Part shown: piece after piece, positions 25,895-35,347 of the stretch
Layout: every line of letters starts with the position of its first letter
Position numbering within the stretch: position 1 is the stretch's first letter
Assembly: GCA_963766795.1 (NCBI GenBank)
Contig: CAVYBN010000012.1
Coordinates: 220 to 64,219, forward strand
Length of the DNA: 64,000 nt
Direction: 5' to 3'
Origin: Candidatus Parcubacteria bacterium
GTDB taxonomy: Bacteria > Patescibacteriota > Minisyncoccia > Phycocordibacterales > PALSA-1337
The notes under the pieces: model-generated
What the model was told of the DNA's origin: nothing
Database searches by the model: none
What the model saw: only the letters and a program-made list of their open reading frames with translations
Made by a program: the position numbers and the translations under genes

Positions 25895-28144
25895 CTACCT
25901 CCTCGGCCCGCCGCCGCCGAAGCGGGGCCTCTCGCCGAACGGGCGAGGCGGCCTCGGTGTCTCCTCTTTCTTGGTGAAGAAATTCGGATTGGCGGCCTTG
26001 ACGGAGAGATTGATGCGGCCTTTCTCGTCGATCTCCTTCACGGAGACCGGAACCTTGTCGCCTTCCTTGACGTAGGTCTCAACGCGCTCGACGCGGAACG
26101 GCGCCATCTCGGAGACATGGACCATGCCTTCGGCGTTCGGTCCGATCTTCACGAAGAAGCCGAAGTCCATGAGCCGCGTGACTTCCCCGTCGAATTTCTC
26201 GCCGGGCATGTATTCGCGGGTCATGCCGTAAATGATCTCCTTGGCCTTGGCGGCGGTCTCGTTCTTGCCGGTGATGAAGATTGAACCGTCGTCTTCGATC
26301 GTTATGTCCTCGACGTGCGTGATGTCGCGGATCTCATTGATGGTCTTGCCGCCGGAACCAATGACGAGGCCGATCTGCTCGGGCTTGATCTTCATGACGA
26401 TGATCTCCGGGGCGTTCGGCGAGATCTTGCCGCGCGGTGCGGCAATCTCCTTCTCGATGACATCCAGGATCTTGAAACGGGCGGCTTTGGCCTTCTCGAA
26501 AGCTTCTGCCAAAATCGGAAGCGGGATGCCGCCGACTTTGATGTCCATCTGCACGGCGGTTATTCCGGCGCGCGTGCCGGCGACCTTGAAGTCCATGTCG
26601 CCGTGGTGGTCTTCGGGGCCTTGAATATCGGTCAGAACTTTGTAATCAAAATCAGAGGGTACAGGGTTCAGGGTACAGGGTACAGTTTCTTGTGACCCTT
26701 TTTTCTCTTTACTATTTACTTTTTTCTCTTTCTTTCTCATCATCAATCCGCTAGCAATGCCAGCAACCGGTGCTTTGATCGGAACTCCCCCATCCATTAA
26801 CGCCAGCGTCGAGCCGCAGACCGATCCCATCGAAGTGGAGCCATTCGAGGCCATGGCTTCGGAGACCAATCTGATTGTGTACGGGAATTTGTCCTTGTCG
26901 GGAATAACCGGAAGCAGCGCCTTTTCCGCCAAAGCGCCGTGACCGATCATGCGGCGGTTGGTGCCGCCGATCTTGCCGGTCTCGCCGGTCGAGAATGGCG
27001 GGAAATTGTAGTGGTGCATGAAGCGCTTGTTCTCTTCGACGCTCAAGCCTTCGATGACGAGCGCGTCGCCGGGCGAGCCCAAGGTCAATGTCGAGAGGAT
27101 GTGCGTGCCGCCGCGATAGAAGACGCCAGAGCCGTGGAGGATCGGCGAGATCCCGCCGGCCTGCGCGGACAGCGGACGGACCTCGTCCATGCCGCGGCCG
27201 TCCGGACGCTTGCCGTTCTCGAGCGCCTCCTCATGGAGCATGTCATTCACGGCTGACTCGAAGACTTCCATGGCCATGTTCGGATCGCCATCGGGCATCT
27301 TTTCCGCGAACAGAGCCGTCCATTCCCTGACGATCTCGCCATATCTCTCCTTTCCGCCTTCGATCTTGCCGATGAAGATGTGCTTCTTCAATTTAGGCGC
27401 GATCTCCTTGTCGAACAATTCCTGCGTGCCCGGCGTCGGTTCTTTGATGACGATCTCGGATTTCTTCTTGCCGATCTCCTTGATGATCTTTTCCTGCCAT
27501 TTCTGTATCTTCTCGATCTCTTCCGATGCTTTGGCCAGCCCTTCATTCAAGGCGTCTTCGCCGACTTCCTTGCTGGCGACTTCGATCATGTTGATCATGC
27601 CGTCCTTGCCGCAAGCCACCAATTCTAGCTTGATGCCGGCGTCAGCCTTGGCTTTGAAATCCGGATTGACCAGCCATTCGTGATTCCTGCACATGCGCAC
27701 GGCCGAGACGGGTCCATTCCAAGGGATATTCGAGACGCCGAGCGCGAGCGATGCCGCGATGACCGCCACGACGTCCGGATCGTCCTCACCTATCGAGAGC
27801 GTCGTTAGCACGATCTGCACCTCGTTCCTCATACGCTGATTGAAAAGCGGACGGATGGTCCTGTCCACGACGCGGCCGCTCAAGATGGCTTCCGTCGAAG
27901 GCCGGCCTTCGCGGCGCATGAATCGCGAGCCCAGGATGCGGCCGGTAGCGTAGAAGCGTTCCTCATAATCCACCGTGAGCGGGAAGAAATCCCCTTCGCG
28001 GAGGTCGCCCATGACCGCCGTGGCCATGACCACGGTGTTGCCGTAGCGCAATAAGACCGCGCCGTTAGCCTGGTCAGCGAGGTCGTTGAATTCCGCGGTC
28101 AAGTTCTTGCCGCCGACCTCGAGCGAGTATTCTTTCTTTGTCAT
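25895..28144 (-). CDS. pnp: polyribonucleotide nucleotidyltransferase (PNPase) with an in-frame repeat-derived loop insertion
   Basis: Two RNase PH domains, GDMDFKVAGT, a KH domain (GSGGKTINEI) and an S1 domain (GEKFDGEVTRLMDFGFFV). The insert KKEKKVNSKEKKGSQETVPCTLNPVPSD precedes YKVLTDIQGPEDHHGDMDF. Confidence 0.9.
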   Translation of the reverse strand: MTKKEYSLEVGGKNLTAEFNDLADQANGAVLLRYGNTVVMATAVMGDLREGDFFPLTVDYEERFYATGRILGSRFMRREGRPSTEAILSGRVVDRTIRPLFNQRMRNEVQIVLTTLSIGEDDPDVVAVIAASLALGVSNIPWNGPVSAVRMCRNHEWLVNPDFKAKADAGIKLELVACGKDGMINMIEVASKEVGEDALNEGLAKASEEIEKIQKWQEKIIKEIGKKKSEIVIKEPTPGTQELFDKEIAPKLKKHIFIGKIEGGKERYGEIVREWTALFAEKMPDGDPNMAMEVFESAVNDMLHEEALENGKRPDGRGMDEVRPLSAQAGGISPILHGSGVFYRGGTHILSTLTLGSPGDALVIEGLSVEENKRFMHHYNFPPFSTGETGKIGGTNRRMIGHGALAEKALLPVIPDKDKFPYTIRLVSEAMASNGSTSMGSVCGSTLALMDGGVPIKAPVAGIASGLMMRKKEKKVNSKEKKGSQETVPCTLNPVPSDFDYKVLTDIQGPEDHHGDMDFKVAGTRAGITAVQMDIKVGGIPLPILAEAFEKAKAARFKILDVIEKEIAAPRGKISPNAPEIIVMKIKPEQIGLVIGSGGKTINEIRDITHVEDITIEDDGSIFITGKNETAAKAKEIIYGMTREYMPGEKFDGEVTRLMDFGFFVKIGPNAEGMVHVSEMAPFRVERVETYVKEGDKVPVSVKEIDEKGRINLSVKAANPNFFTKKEETPRPPRPFGERPRFGGGGPRR
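26656..26685. repeat. CAGGGT-type short tandem repeat inside pnp
   Basis: AGGGTACAGGGTTCAGGGTACAGGGTACAG belongs to the same word family as the pnp leader repeats at 28152-28232. Confidence 0.8.
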
Positions 28145-28151
28145 AATTGTA

Positions 28152-28232
28152 AGGGTTCAGGGTTCAGGGTGCAGGGTTCAGGAAAAGCGTTTGCGATTCC
28201 CTGTACCCTGATTCCTGTACCCTGTCCCCTGG
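28152..28232 (-). promoter_or_regulatory. long imperfect hairpin in the pnp 5' leader built from CAGGGT repeats
   Basis: The left arm AGGGTTCAGGGTTCAGGGTGCAGGGTTCAGG (28152-28182) is largely complementary to the right arm TCCCTGTACCCTGATTCCTGTACCCTGTCCCCTGG (28198-28232). The structure ends 8 nt from the pnp ATG (28144). Confidence 0.5.
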
Positions 28233-28460
28233 TTTGCGCCCCCAGATTTCAGAATTGAATGGATCTCACTGAGGTCGGACCTCAGCAAAACATTCAAACC
28301 TGCCTATCCGCGGGCGAGATTACTTTATTAAAAAAACTCTAGCAGAATCACTGTAGCAAAAAGCGCCGGGGAATGCCACACACAGGTTCGACCTGTGTTA
28401 ATCGGGTCATTTCCACCAAATGACTCGATTAGCTTAGAGCCAGCCTAATTATCCGTAGGA

Positions 28461-30757
28461 TTATTTGCTATATAGCTCCTTCTGAAATCCAAAAAAGGTC
28501 GAGCGGATCATATCGACTTCGCCTAGAACATTCACCGCGTTAGCAATGGCATGATACTTTAGATTCAAGAGGACCGGGAGTTTTTCTTCATCAAGCTCCT
28601 CGACTCCTTTTTCTTCGTACTTTGACAATACAAAATCCAAAAACTCCTTTTGCTTCTCGTCCAATCCTTCGAATATCTTCTTCTTTGCGTGCTCAACTCT
28701 TTGCACTCTGGAGATCGGCGGCGTCAAGAAAGAAACATACGATAATACGTCGAACAGGTCGCTTTGTTCCGCATCGATCATTTTTTGAAGCATCTCCAGT
28801 TCATCTTTGCCGTATCCCATAGCCGATATCTTTTCAAGGAACGCTTTTCGAGTTATCGGATCAGACCATATCTTCCGTAGCTCTTCCTCGCTCTTGAAGA
28901 ATTCCGGCATCGCCCCGAACATATTATCCATGAATTCTTGGATCGAGACCGGTTTGCCGTCAGCGCCCCAGAAAGAAGTGGCGATCATGTGCTGGATCTC
29001 GCGCTCTTTTCCATCGCGCAGCTTTATCTTCAATGTCTGTTTTGTAGGCACTGGCTCTGGCGGAACAGGCGGCTCTCTCTGTTCTTTAGGCTCCTTTGGT
29101 TCTCTCGGTTCTTTCTCTTTTATATCCTCTATCGGTTCGCCGTCCCATTCCGGATCGGAGAAATGATAATACGCGTTTACGAAATCATATATGGTGAAGT
29201 ATTCCTTGCCGTCGAAAAGCCGGGTGCCGCGTCCGATGATCTGCTTGAACTCGATCATTGAATTGACTGGGCGCATCAGCACGATATTGCGTATGTTCCT
29301 GGCATCGACGCCGGTGGAAAGCTTCTGTGATGTGGTCAAAACCGTCGGGATCGACTTTTCATTATCCTGAAACTCCCGCAAGATATTGTTCTCCTCGAGC
29401 GCCGTCATTGGCCGTTACGCGCGCGCAGTAATTCGGGTCTTTGCTTTTCTTATATTGATTGACCAGATCGCGCACTAGGAGCGCGTGAGTCTGGGTCGCG
29501 CAGAAGATTATCGTCTTCTCGTTCTGATCGATGTCATCCAAGACGAATCTGACTCGCTTCGACTTCTCTAGCCACGATCTCGATAGTCCGGTTAAATTCA
29601 GGCTCCCTGTAGATCTTTCCTTGCTCAACCTCACCTTCGATGATCTGGTCGTCCGAAACATACATGTAATCATCGAGAGTAGTCTGTATGCGCTTGATTT
29701 TGAATGGCGTCAAGAATCCGTCGTTGATGCCCTCTTTGAGAGAATAGACATATACCGGCTCGCCAAAATATTTATATGTATCGACATTATCCTTGCGTTT
29801 CGGAGTAGCGGTAAGGCCAAGCTGTACTGCCGGTGAGAAATATTCCAGGATTCCGCGCCAGTTGCTTTCGTCATTGGCACCGCCGCGATGGCATTCATCG
29901 ATGATGATCAAGTCAAAGAAATCCGGCTCGTATTCTCCGAAATATTCCGCGCCGTCCGGTCCGCTCATGAATGTCTGGAAGATGGTGAAGAAGACGCTTC
30001 CACCCATGGGAACGCCTCCTTTCTTTCGAATGTCGAGAGGATTTACGCGCACTTTGGCGTCGCTCGGAAAGATCGAGAAATCATTGCCGAACGCTTGGTC
30101 GGCAAGAATATTCCTATCGGCCAAAAACAGGATCCTCGGTCTGCGCGTGCCATCGCGCTTCAAATTCCAACGAGTTTGAAATAATTTCCAGGAAATCTGC
30201 GCCGCCACGGCCGTCTTGCCGGTTCCGGTAGCCATAGTGAGCAATATTCGCGACTTTTCTTCGGCGATAGCGTCGAGGACTTTGTTAATCGCCAATTCCT
30301 GATAATATCGCTTGCCATGCTCGCCCTCTATTGGAATAGCGGTGAATTTTTCTTTCCATTCGTTTTGATCCGAATATGTCTTATCCCACAATTCATCCGG
30401 TGTCGGGATTTTTGCCACTACCCCTTCTTTACCTGACTTCATGGAAACCTGGTAGATTTCTTTGCCATTCGTAGAGTAAGTGTAATCGATATCTAATTTT
30501 TTCGCGTACGATTTCGCTTGCGCCGCTCCTTCAGTCGCCGACAACTCCGCTTGCTTGGCTTCGATGACGGCGATCTTGCGGTTCTTGTAGACCAGGACAT
30601 AGTCGGCGATCTCCGGCTTGCTTCGCTTCCCGCCGACTTGGATCTTGCCTTCAGTGATGCGTAACTCCCGAAGGATTTTTGAATCCTCGGCCTCTCCCCA
30701 CCCGCTTGCCTTGAGCATCGGGTCTATGTACTCGGCTCGCGTTTCCGCCTCGTTCAT
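28461..30757 (-). pseudogene. hsdR: type I restriction enzyme R subunit (HsdR), split into three ORFs by two frameshifts as assembled
   Basis: N-terminal MNEAETRAEYIDPMLKASGW nuclease domain, helicase motifs MATGTGKT and DECHRG, TATP, TSQKLSTGVDARNI and QIIGRGTR, plus a C-terminal EcoEI_R_C-like tail. The frame changes near 29545-29580 and 29362-29408. Confidence 0.85.
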
Positions 30758-30776
30758 GGCTTAAATATGCCACAGA

Positions 30777-31334
30777 CTAGGCATTTTGGCTAGACTGTTT
30801 GATTTTTAAGGCTAAAGGAGCTTTTTCAATCGTATGTACTAATAGTTTTAACGCCAATTCTACGCGTTCAATATCACAACTTTTGACGCGAGGTTTGCTC
30901 AAATGAAATGTATTTCTTACGTCATTTAATTCCAGAATGTCATCAGCCGTCTTTTGTTGTATCAGTTTTTTGCTTAGGAAGAAAGTTATCAGATCATACA
31001 GGCCTATTTGATGATCTTTTTTCTCAATTTTTTCTCGTGCGGCGATGACTACCGGCAGATTGTCTTTTTCTTTGCAGATATATTTTTCTGACAGCTGTTC
31101 CGCGAACTTGTATTCGAAATATTCTATTTTTTCTCCGCGCTCTTTGTAAAAATAAAGAAGCATCGCTTCTATCGCCGATATGACATATAAGATGATGACT
31201 CTGTAAGTTTCTTCTTTGTATAATTGCTCCTGCCCCGCGCTCTTTGATCGATCGTAAAGGGCATAGATATACTCTATGGAATTTTCTAAAATATTACGGA
31301 GTTTTCCGTCATTGATAAAATCGAGATCAGCCAT
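30777..31334 (-). CDS. all-helical hypothetical protein between hsdS and hsdR; possible degenerate HEPN/DUF4145-like protein
   Basis: 185-aa AT-rich ORF. The C-terminal LELNDVRNTFHLS has an R-N-x-x-H, one residue short of the canonical Rx4-6H. The function is unresolved. Confidence 0.45.
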   Translation of the reverse strand: MADLDFINDGKLRNILENSIEYIYALYDRSKSAGQEQLYKEETYRVIILYVISAIEAMLLYFYKERGEKIEYFEYKFAEQLSEKYICKEKDNLPVVIAAREKIEKKDHQIGLYDLITFFLSKKLIQQKTADDILELNDVRNTFHLSKPRVKSCDIERVELALKLLVHTIEKAPLALKIKQSSQNA

Positions 31335-31339
31335 AAAAT

Positions 31340-31513
31340 TTATCTTGATCTCTGTTGAGTCATCTTGAGAAGCTTTGCCAGAGACGGCAAACCTTCTTTT
31401 TCCAATACGGTATAAAGTTTGGCATCGGATCGATAATTCAAATTTACGCCATATTTCTTTTCTATGGTTCTCACCAATGTATCTCCTCTTTTTTTACGCA
31501 TTAGTTTACTCAT
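31340..31513 (-). CDS. small basic protein (57 aa), candidate regulator of the downstream 185-aa gene
   Basis: Found by hand; it is below the track length cutoff. MSKLMRKKRGDTLVRTIEKKYGVNLNYRSDAKLYTVLEKEGLPSLAKLLKMTQQRSR. Its stop lies 5 nt before the next ATG. Confidence 0.35.
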   Translation of the reverse strand: MSKLMRKKRGDTLVRTIEKKYGVNLNYRSDAKLYTVLEKEGLPSLAKLLKMTQQRSR

Positions 31514-31574
31514 GGCTGAAGTATAGCACGCTTTACAGCTCGCCGCTAAATGCTTTTTTGATTTATGCTAATTG

Positions 31575-31630
31575 TGGCGAATTCGCCATAATTAAAGCTA
31601 CTTAATTTCCAAAGGGGTCGAATTCGACCC
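31575..31630 (-). promoter_or_regulatory. pair of perfect GAATTC-centred palindromes upstream of the 57-aa ORF (candidate operators)
   Basis: TGGCGAATTCGCCA (31575-31588) and GGGTCGAATTCGACCC (31615-31630) share the core CGAATTCG. Confidence 0.35.
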
Positions 31631-31728
31631 ATTTGAGAGTATGGTCATTTACCATAATACCCAGCCAAAAGGCCATCTTTTTAGATTACTATTAATTTAC
31701 TATTAATTTTGCTTAAATTAATAGAAAG

Positions 31729-32909
31729 TTATAACTCCCCAACAAAAGCCCTCTTCAGCACCGACTTTTTCAGCTCCTCCAGATCCGCGATCTTCCGCTC
31801 GTATATATTTTCCAGATTTTTCGTCTCCGCCGCCAGCGCATCCAGTTTTTTGACGATGGTTTTTTGGACAGTAAGTGATTTTGGATAACGAAAAAGAATT
31901 TGTTTTACCGCACCACCGTTAAACTGAGGCTGAGCAGAACCTGCAGATAATTGTCGAACTTGGTCCCAATAGTGCTTAGATTTAGAAAAATACCAGTACA
32001 ACTTGCTCAAAAGGTTTTTTCTAAACTTCATTCTAATCAAATACGAAGCAAATATTGCTTTTTCATTGCTTTCAAAAAAAAGTACATTTCCAGCAGAAGC
32101 ACCCGTTCGTGCCATTAATAAATCTCCGTTGCCCATAAATATTTGCTTGCACCGTTAAAAGTTTTCACATACATCTTATTTTCTTGTGTAAGTAGGCCAT
32201 TTTTATCAGTGTCAGTAATTCTTATGAATCTGTAGTCACCTTTGCTTTTAGCCTTTTCTGTGTATCCATACTCAACTTCACAAACTTCTCCAAGTTTCTT
32301 CTCCTCCCAATTCTTCCCTTGCTTTGCAAAAACACTTTGCAGATATGCTTCAAAAAGCTCTTTAGAATTCTGCAGATTCTTCTCTGCATTTTCCTTGGCT
32401 TTTACGACTTTTTCAAAGACATTATCCAAGATTTTTACAATACGGTGCTGGTCGGGAAGAGGTGGAAGTGGGATTTCGATTTCTCTTAATTTTGTCCCTG
32501 AAAGCTCTTTGAATGTTGTACCACTACCCAGACTGTTTAAAAGTTTAACTGAGTCTTTAAGAAAGTAATACAGATATTTAGTGTCGAGCTGTCTATTCGG
32601 TATCAAACCTCTACATCCCTGATTTGTTGAGATTCGTTTTGTATTTATAGCAAGATGACCAATAGGGGCTCGGGTAGACAAGATGATTGAGTTGGGCGGA
32701 ATGATTTTTGCGGATGATTCTTCTAAACCTGCCTCTGTGATTTTTCGATCTGTTTCTTCAACAAATATTCCTTCAAGTTTTCCCATGTCTTTTGGCGTAA
32801 TCCATAAAATATCTCCATCCCAGTATCTCAAAATACCAGTTTTAGGAGTTCCTCCGTTTACAATCTCACATACATCACCAAGTTTTTTTGTTTGCCAGTT
32901 AGTTATCAT
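31729..32909 (-). pseudogene. hsdS: type I R-M specificity subunit (HsdS), frameshifted as assembled
   Basis: Two target-recognition halves: WQTKKLGDVCEIVNGGTP... and WEEKKLGEVCEVEYGYT...GDLLMARTGASAGN..., with conserved coiled-coil spacers. ORFs 32115..32909 and 31729..32136 rejoin with one extra base near 32118-32130. Confidence 0.8.
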
Positions 32910-33394
32910 GATTTGATTTTGCCATCCTCGTAAAATACTACCTGAGGCTCATTTAAACGATCAAAACCTATAAATACTCCCAATCTGTATTTATAAGGAC
33001 CGTCATGTCTAGTGAATTCAATTAATTTTGCATTATCACACTCGTTAACAGAATTTGATTTATTAGGTTTTATCTCAAATATGACTAGATTACAATCAGT
33101 ATTACGACGATGGATATTAATATCCGGGTAAACATATTCTTGATGCTCGCCTCTGCATTCTCGCGGCAAGATTTTTGTTAAAATCCCATGTTTATTATAT
33201 TCACAATCTACATGCCAACCTGGAAATTGCCGTTGAAGATACTCTGCTAGTTTATGGGCTATAGATCTTTCGTGTACGGATTTTTCTAACAAAAAGGCGT
33301 CATCTTTATACAACAAATCAAGAGCAATGCATATATTCCTTTTAATCTCCGCATCACTGATCTCGCCAAGTTTTTTTGTTTGCCATGCGGTCAT
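32906..33394 (-). CDS. PD-(D/E)xK nuclease-like protein whose first 11 codons duplicate the hsdS start
   Basis: The candidate PD...E-x-K motif is YPDINIHRR...NLVIFEIK. The N-terminus MTAWQTKKLGE parallels hsdS MITNWQTKKLGD. The 20-nt CCAAGTTTTTTTGTTTGCCA is identical at 33366-33385 and 32878-32897. Its stop overlaps the hsdS ATG (ATGA). Confidence 0.5.
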   Translation of the reverse strand: MTAWQTKKLGEISDAEIKRNICIALDLLYKDDAFLLEKSVHERSIAHKLAEYLQRQFPGWHVDCEYNKHGILTKILPRECRGEHQEYVYPDINIHRRNTDCNLVIFEIKPNKSNSVNECDNAKLIEFTRHDGPYKYRLGVFIGFDRLNEPQVVFYEDGKIKS

Positions 33395-33395
33395 A

Positions 33396-33866
33396 TCATT
33401 TCTTTAAATACTGATGCCTTGCGTCATTATATTCTCTGACTACTATATCGTAGAATTTTTTGAAATCTTTATCTTGAATTGCAGAATTAAAATCACCGTT
33501 CATAAGATCTTGAAATCTCTGATTCGTATCGCTACCATATGCCCACTGTAAAAATTTCACGCAAGCTTCATGTAATTGATCGTCTGCTAAATAAATGCTT
33601 TCCTTAATGATGTTCTCAATTTGAGATAATATTCTTGTAGGCAAATCAGAATGTAAGTCTGCATAGTCGCCATCTTCTGATCTGGCCCAGGCATCTGTAG
33701 AAATTTCGTCTAAATGTAAGATAATATACAAAGGAAGTAGGAGATTAGTCAGTCTTTGCTTCAATAAACCTTTTGACGCCTTCTTGTGTGTTTGATATTC
33801 AAAATAAGCGATGTTACCGATTACTCCAAGAACAGCGACTGTAATTATAGATACTAGATTAGACAT
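33396..33866 (-). CDS. N-terminally membrane-anchored helical protein of unknown function
   Basis: 156-aa AT-rich ORF with TM segment LVSIITVAVLGVIGNIAYF. There is a 1-nt gap to the next gene. Confidence 0.45.
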   Translation of the reverse strand: MSNLVSIITVAVLGVIGNIAYFEYQTHKKASKGLLKQRLTNLLLPLYIILHLDEISTDAWARSEDGDYADLHSDLPTRILSQIENIIKESIYLADDQLHEACVKFLQWAYGSDTNQRFQDLMNGDFNSAIQDKDFKKFYDIVVREYNDARHQYLKK

Positions 33867-33892
33867 AAAGTTTTTTGTTTGCTATAGCATAA

Positions 33893-34687
33893 TCAGGTAT
33901 TTTGAGTATATAGATATTGCATATATGAAAACCAATCTCGTGCATGCACTTTCAATCTTTCCAAATCTTTAGGAGTTATGGGATTATTGTGGGCGATAAC
34001 ATTTCTTGTAGGGCCTAGTTCTTCAAGTTTACCGATTAAATTCTTTTGTGCCCCCTTTTTAAACAGTTTGCAAAATTCTTTGTCAAAAACACGAATAATT
34101 GATACTAGCTCCAAATAATCCGTATAGTAGATTTCATGGGCGCCTCTCTTTGAATGGTACCAGTTATCAGAGTCGCTTGCTTTTCTGGAGTCAACTTTAC
34201 GTACCGTTTCTTTTAATGATTTTTTATTCCTAACCTCCAGCCACCAGTTACCGCCGTAAACGCCCAGAAGTATTTTTGTGATGAAAGTGCGTATAGAATT
34301 TTCAAGAACAAACATAATTGAATATCCTTCTGAAGGAATATTTTTGTATACTGAGCCTCCTAAAAATGGATCAGAAAAATCATTTTTAGGAATCTGTACC
34401 GGATGAATGACTTTCCTGCTGGTTTTTGATTCGCCGATAATTTTATCTTTAGATTGACTATTTAATTCTAAACTCAGTTGAGCTTGTTGATTAGGATTAA
34501 GCCCGCGCATAAAAGTGGCCGTGCCGATTTTATACTTATCTGCAGTAATGATCAAAGCAACCTCAGGTGAAATCTTTTTCCTAAAAGCGAAAGCACTGAT
34601 ACTTTTCACAACTAACTTTGAAGATTTGCCTGTTTTGTCAGCAATTTTTTTTACCAATTTCTTGCTGTAGATCAAAGGTCTGCCCAT
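33893..34687 (-). CDS. HEPN-domain protein (Swt1/Abi-like) candidate RNase
   Basis: The C-terminal half shows ENSIRTFI...GGNWW...YTDYLELVSIIRVF...LEELGPTRNVIAHNN. The R-x4-H motif and spacing resemble Swt1-like and Abi HEPN families as I recall them. Confidence 0.6.
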   Translation of the reverse strand: MGRPLIYSKKLVKKIADKTGKSSKLVVKSISAFAFRKKISPEVALIITADKYKIGTATFMRGLNPNQQAQLSLELNSQSKDKIIGESKTSRKVIHPVQIPKNDFSDPFLGGSVYKNIPSEGYSIMFVLENSIRTFITKILLGVYGGNWWLEVRNKKSLKETVRKVDSRKASDSDNWYHSKRGAHEIYYTDYLELVSIIRVFDKEFCKLFKKGAQKNLIGKLEELGPTRNVIAHNNPITPKDLERLKVHARDWFSYMQYLYTQNT

Positions 34688-34698
34688 GTTATTTCTTG

Positions 34699-34860
34699 TT
34701 ACTTCTTCTTTATCTGTTTTGACGGCACCATTCTTGAGATAGTCGCCTTGTCAACGCCCAAAACCAGAGCAATGTCCGTACCTTGCATGCCCTTATTTAT
34801 CAAACTAAGCACCAATAACTTTTTGATGTCTTCAAGTGTTTGAATAGCTTTTTTGTCCAT
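34699..34860 (-). CDS. mini-HTH protein (53 aa), third tandem paralog
   Basis: Found by hand: MDKKAIQTLEDIKKLLVLSLINKGMQGTDIALVLGVDKATISRMVPSKQIKKK. It shares the hydrophobic helix plus HTH layout with the two upstream ORFs. Confidence 0.4.
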   Translation of the reverse strand: MDKKAIQTLEDIKKLLVLSLINKGMQGTDIALVLGVDKATISRMVPSKQIKKK

Positions 34861-34864
34861 AAAG

Positions 34865-35092
34865 TTATTTATCTTTATTTAGCTTATTTTTTTTGATAAG
34901 ACTTTTTGCCACATTTACATAATTAGTCGAAGTATTGAGAATCTCGGCAATTTCAGTAGGAGTTAAACCAAAACGGTCAAGCATTTTTATATTATCAGTA
35001 GCTGTTGCTTTACGGTCCATCGAAAGGAGGTTTAAAGCAATCAGCACTCCCAATTTTTTTGACATAGATTCAAGCAATTTATTTGTATCCAT
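34865..35092 (-). CDS. mini-HTH protein (75 aa), tandem paralog
   Basis: LGVLIALNLLS...IKMLDRFGLTPTEIAEILNTSTNYVNVAKSLIKK aligns by eye with the 72-aa neighbour. Confidence 0.5.
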   Translation of the reverse strand: MDTNKLLESMSKKLGVLIALNLLSMDRKATATDNIKMLDRFGLTPTEIAEILNTSTNYVNVAKSLIKKNKLNKDK

Positions 35093-35094
35093 AA

Positions 35095-35313
35095 TTATTT
35101 TTCCTTACGAATTGCGACTAATTCTTTGCTCACATGACCAGAGGATTTGCCGACAATTTTTGCAATCTCCACGGGTCTAACATTTAGTCCGTCTAATAAT
35201 CTTATTTGGTCCTTAAGTGACAATCCTGCTATATCTTTTGGCACAAGCTTAAGCAATATCGCTATTACGATATCTAGTTTCTGCCCCAATATTTCTTTAC
35301 CCTGTTCGTTCAT
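35095..35313 (-). CDS. mini-HTH protein (72 aa), tandem paralog
   Basis: LDIVIAILLKLV...IRLLDGLNVRPVEIAKIVGKSSGHVSKELVAIRK. It is the first gene after the cassette promoter. Confidence 0.5.
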   Translation of the reverse strand: MNEQGKEILGQKLDIVIAILLKLVPKDIAGLSLKDQIRLLDGLNVRPVEIAKIVGKSSGHVSKELVAIRKEK

Positions 35314-35347
35314 AAAGAATATAAGTAGTTAAATTAGTAATAAATCA

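Noticed and set aside
28461-30757. Reading the broken hsdR with intact hsdM as a biologically methylase-only, decaying type I system.
   Set aside because: Essential genes in the same contig (nusA, rny, tig, hppA) carry the same kind of homopolymer indels. The hsdR and hsdS frameshifts are therefore as likely to be artefacts, and no biological conclusion is justified without read evidence.
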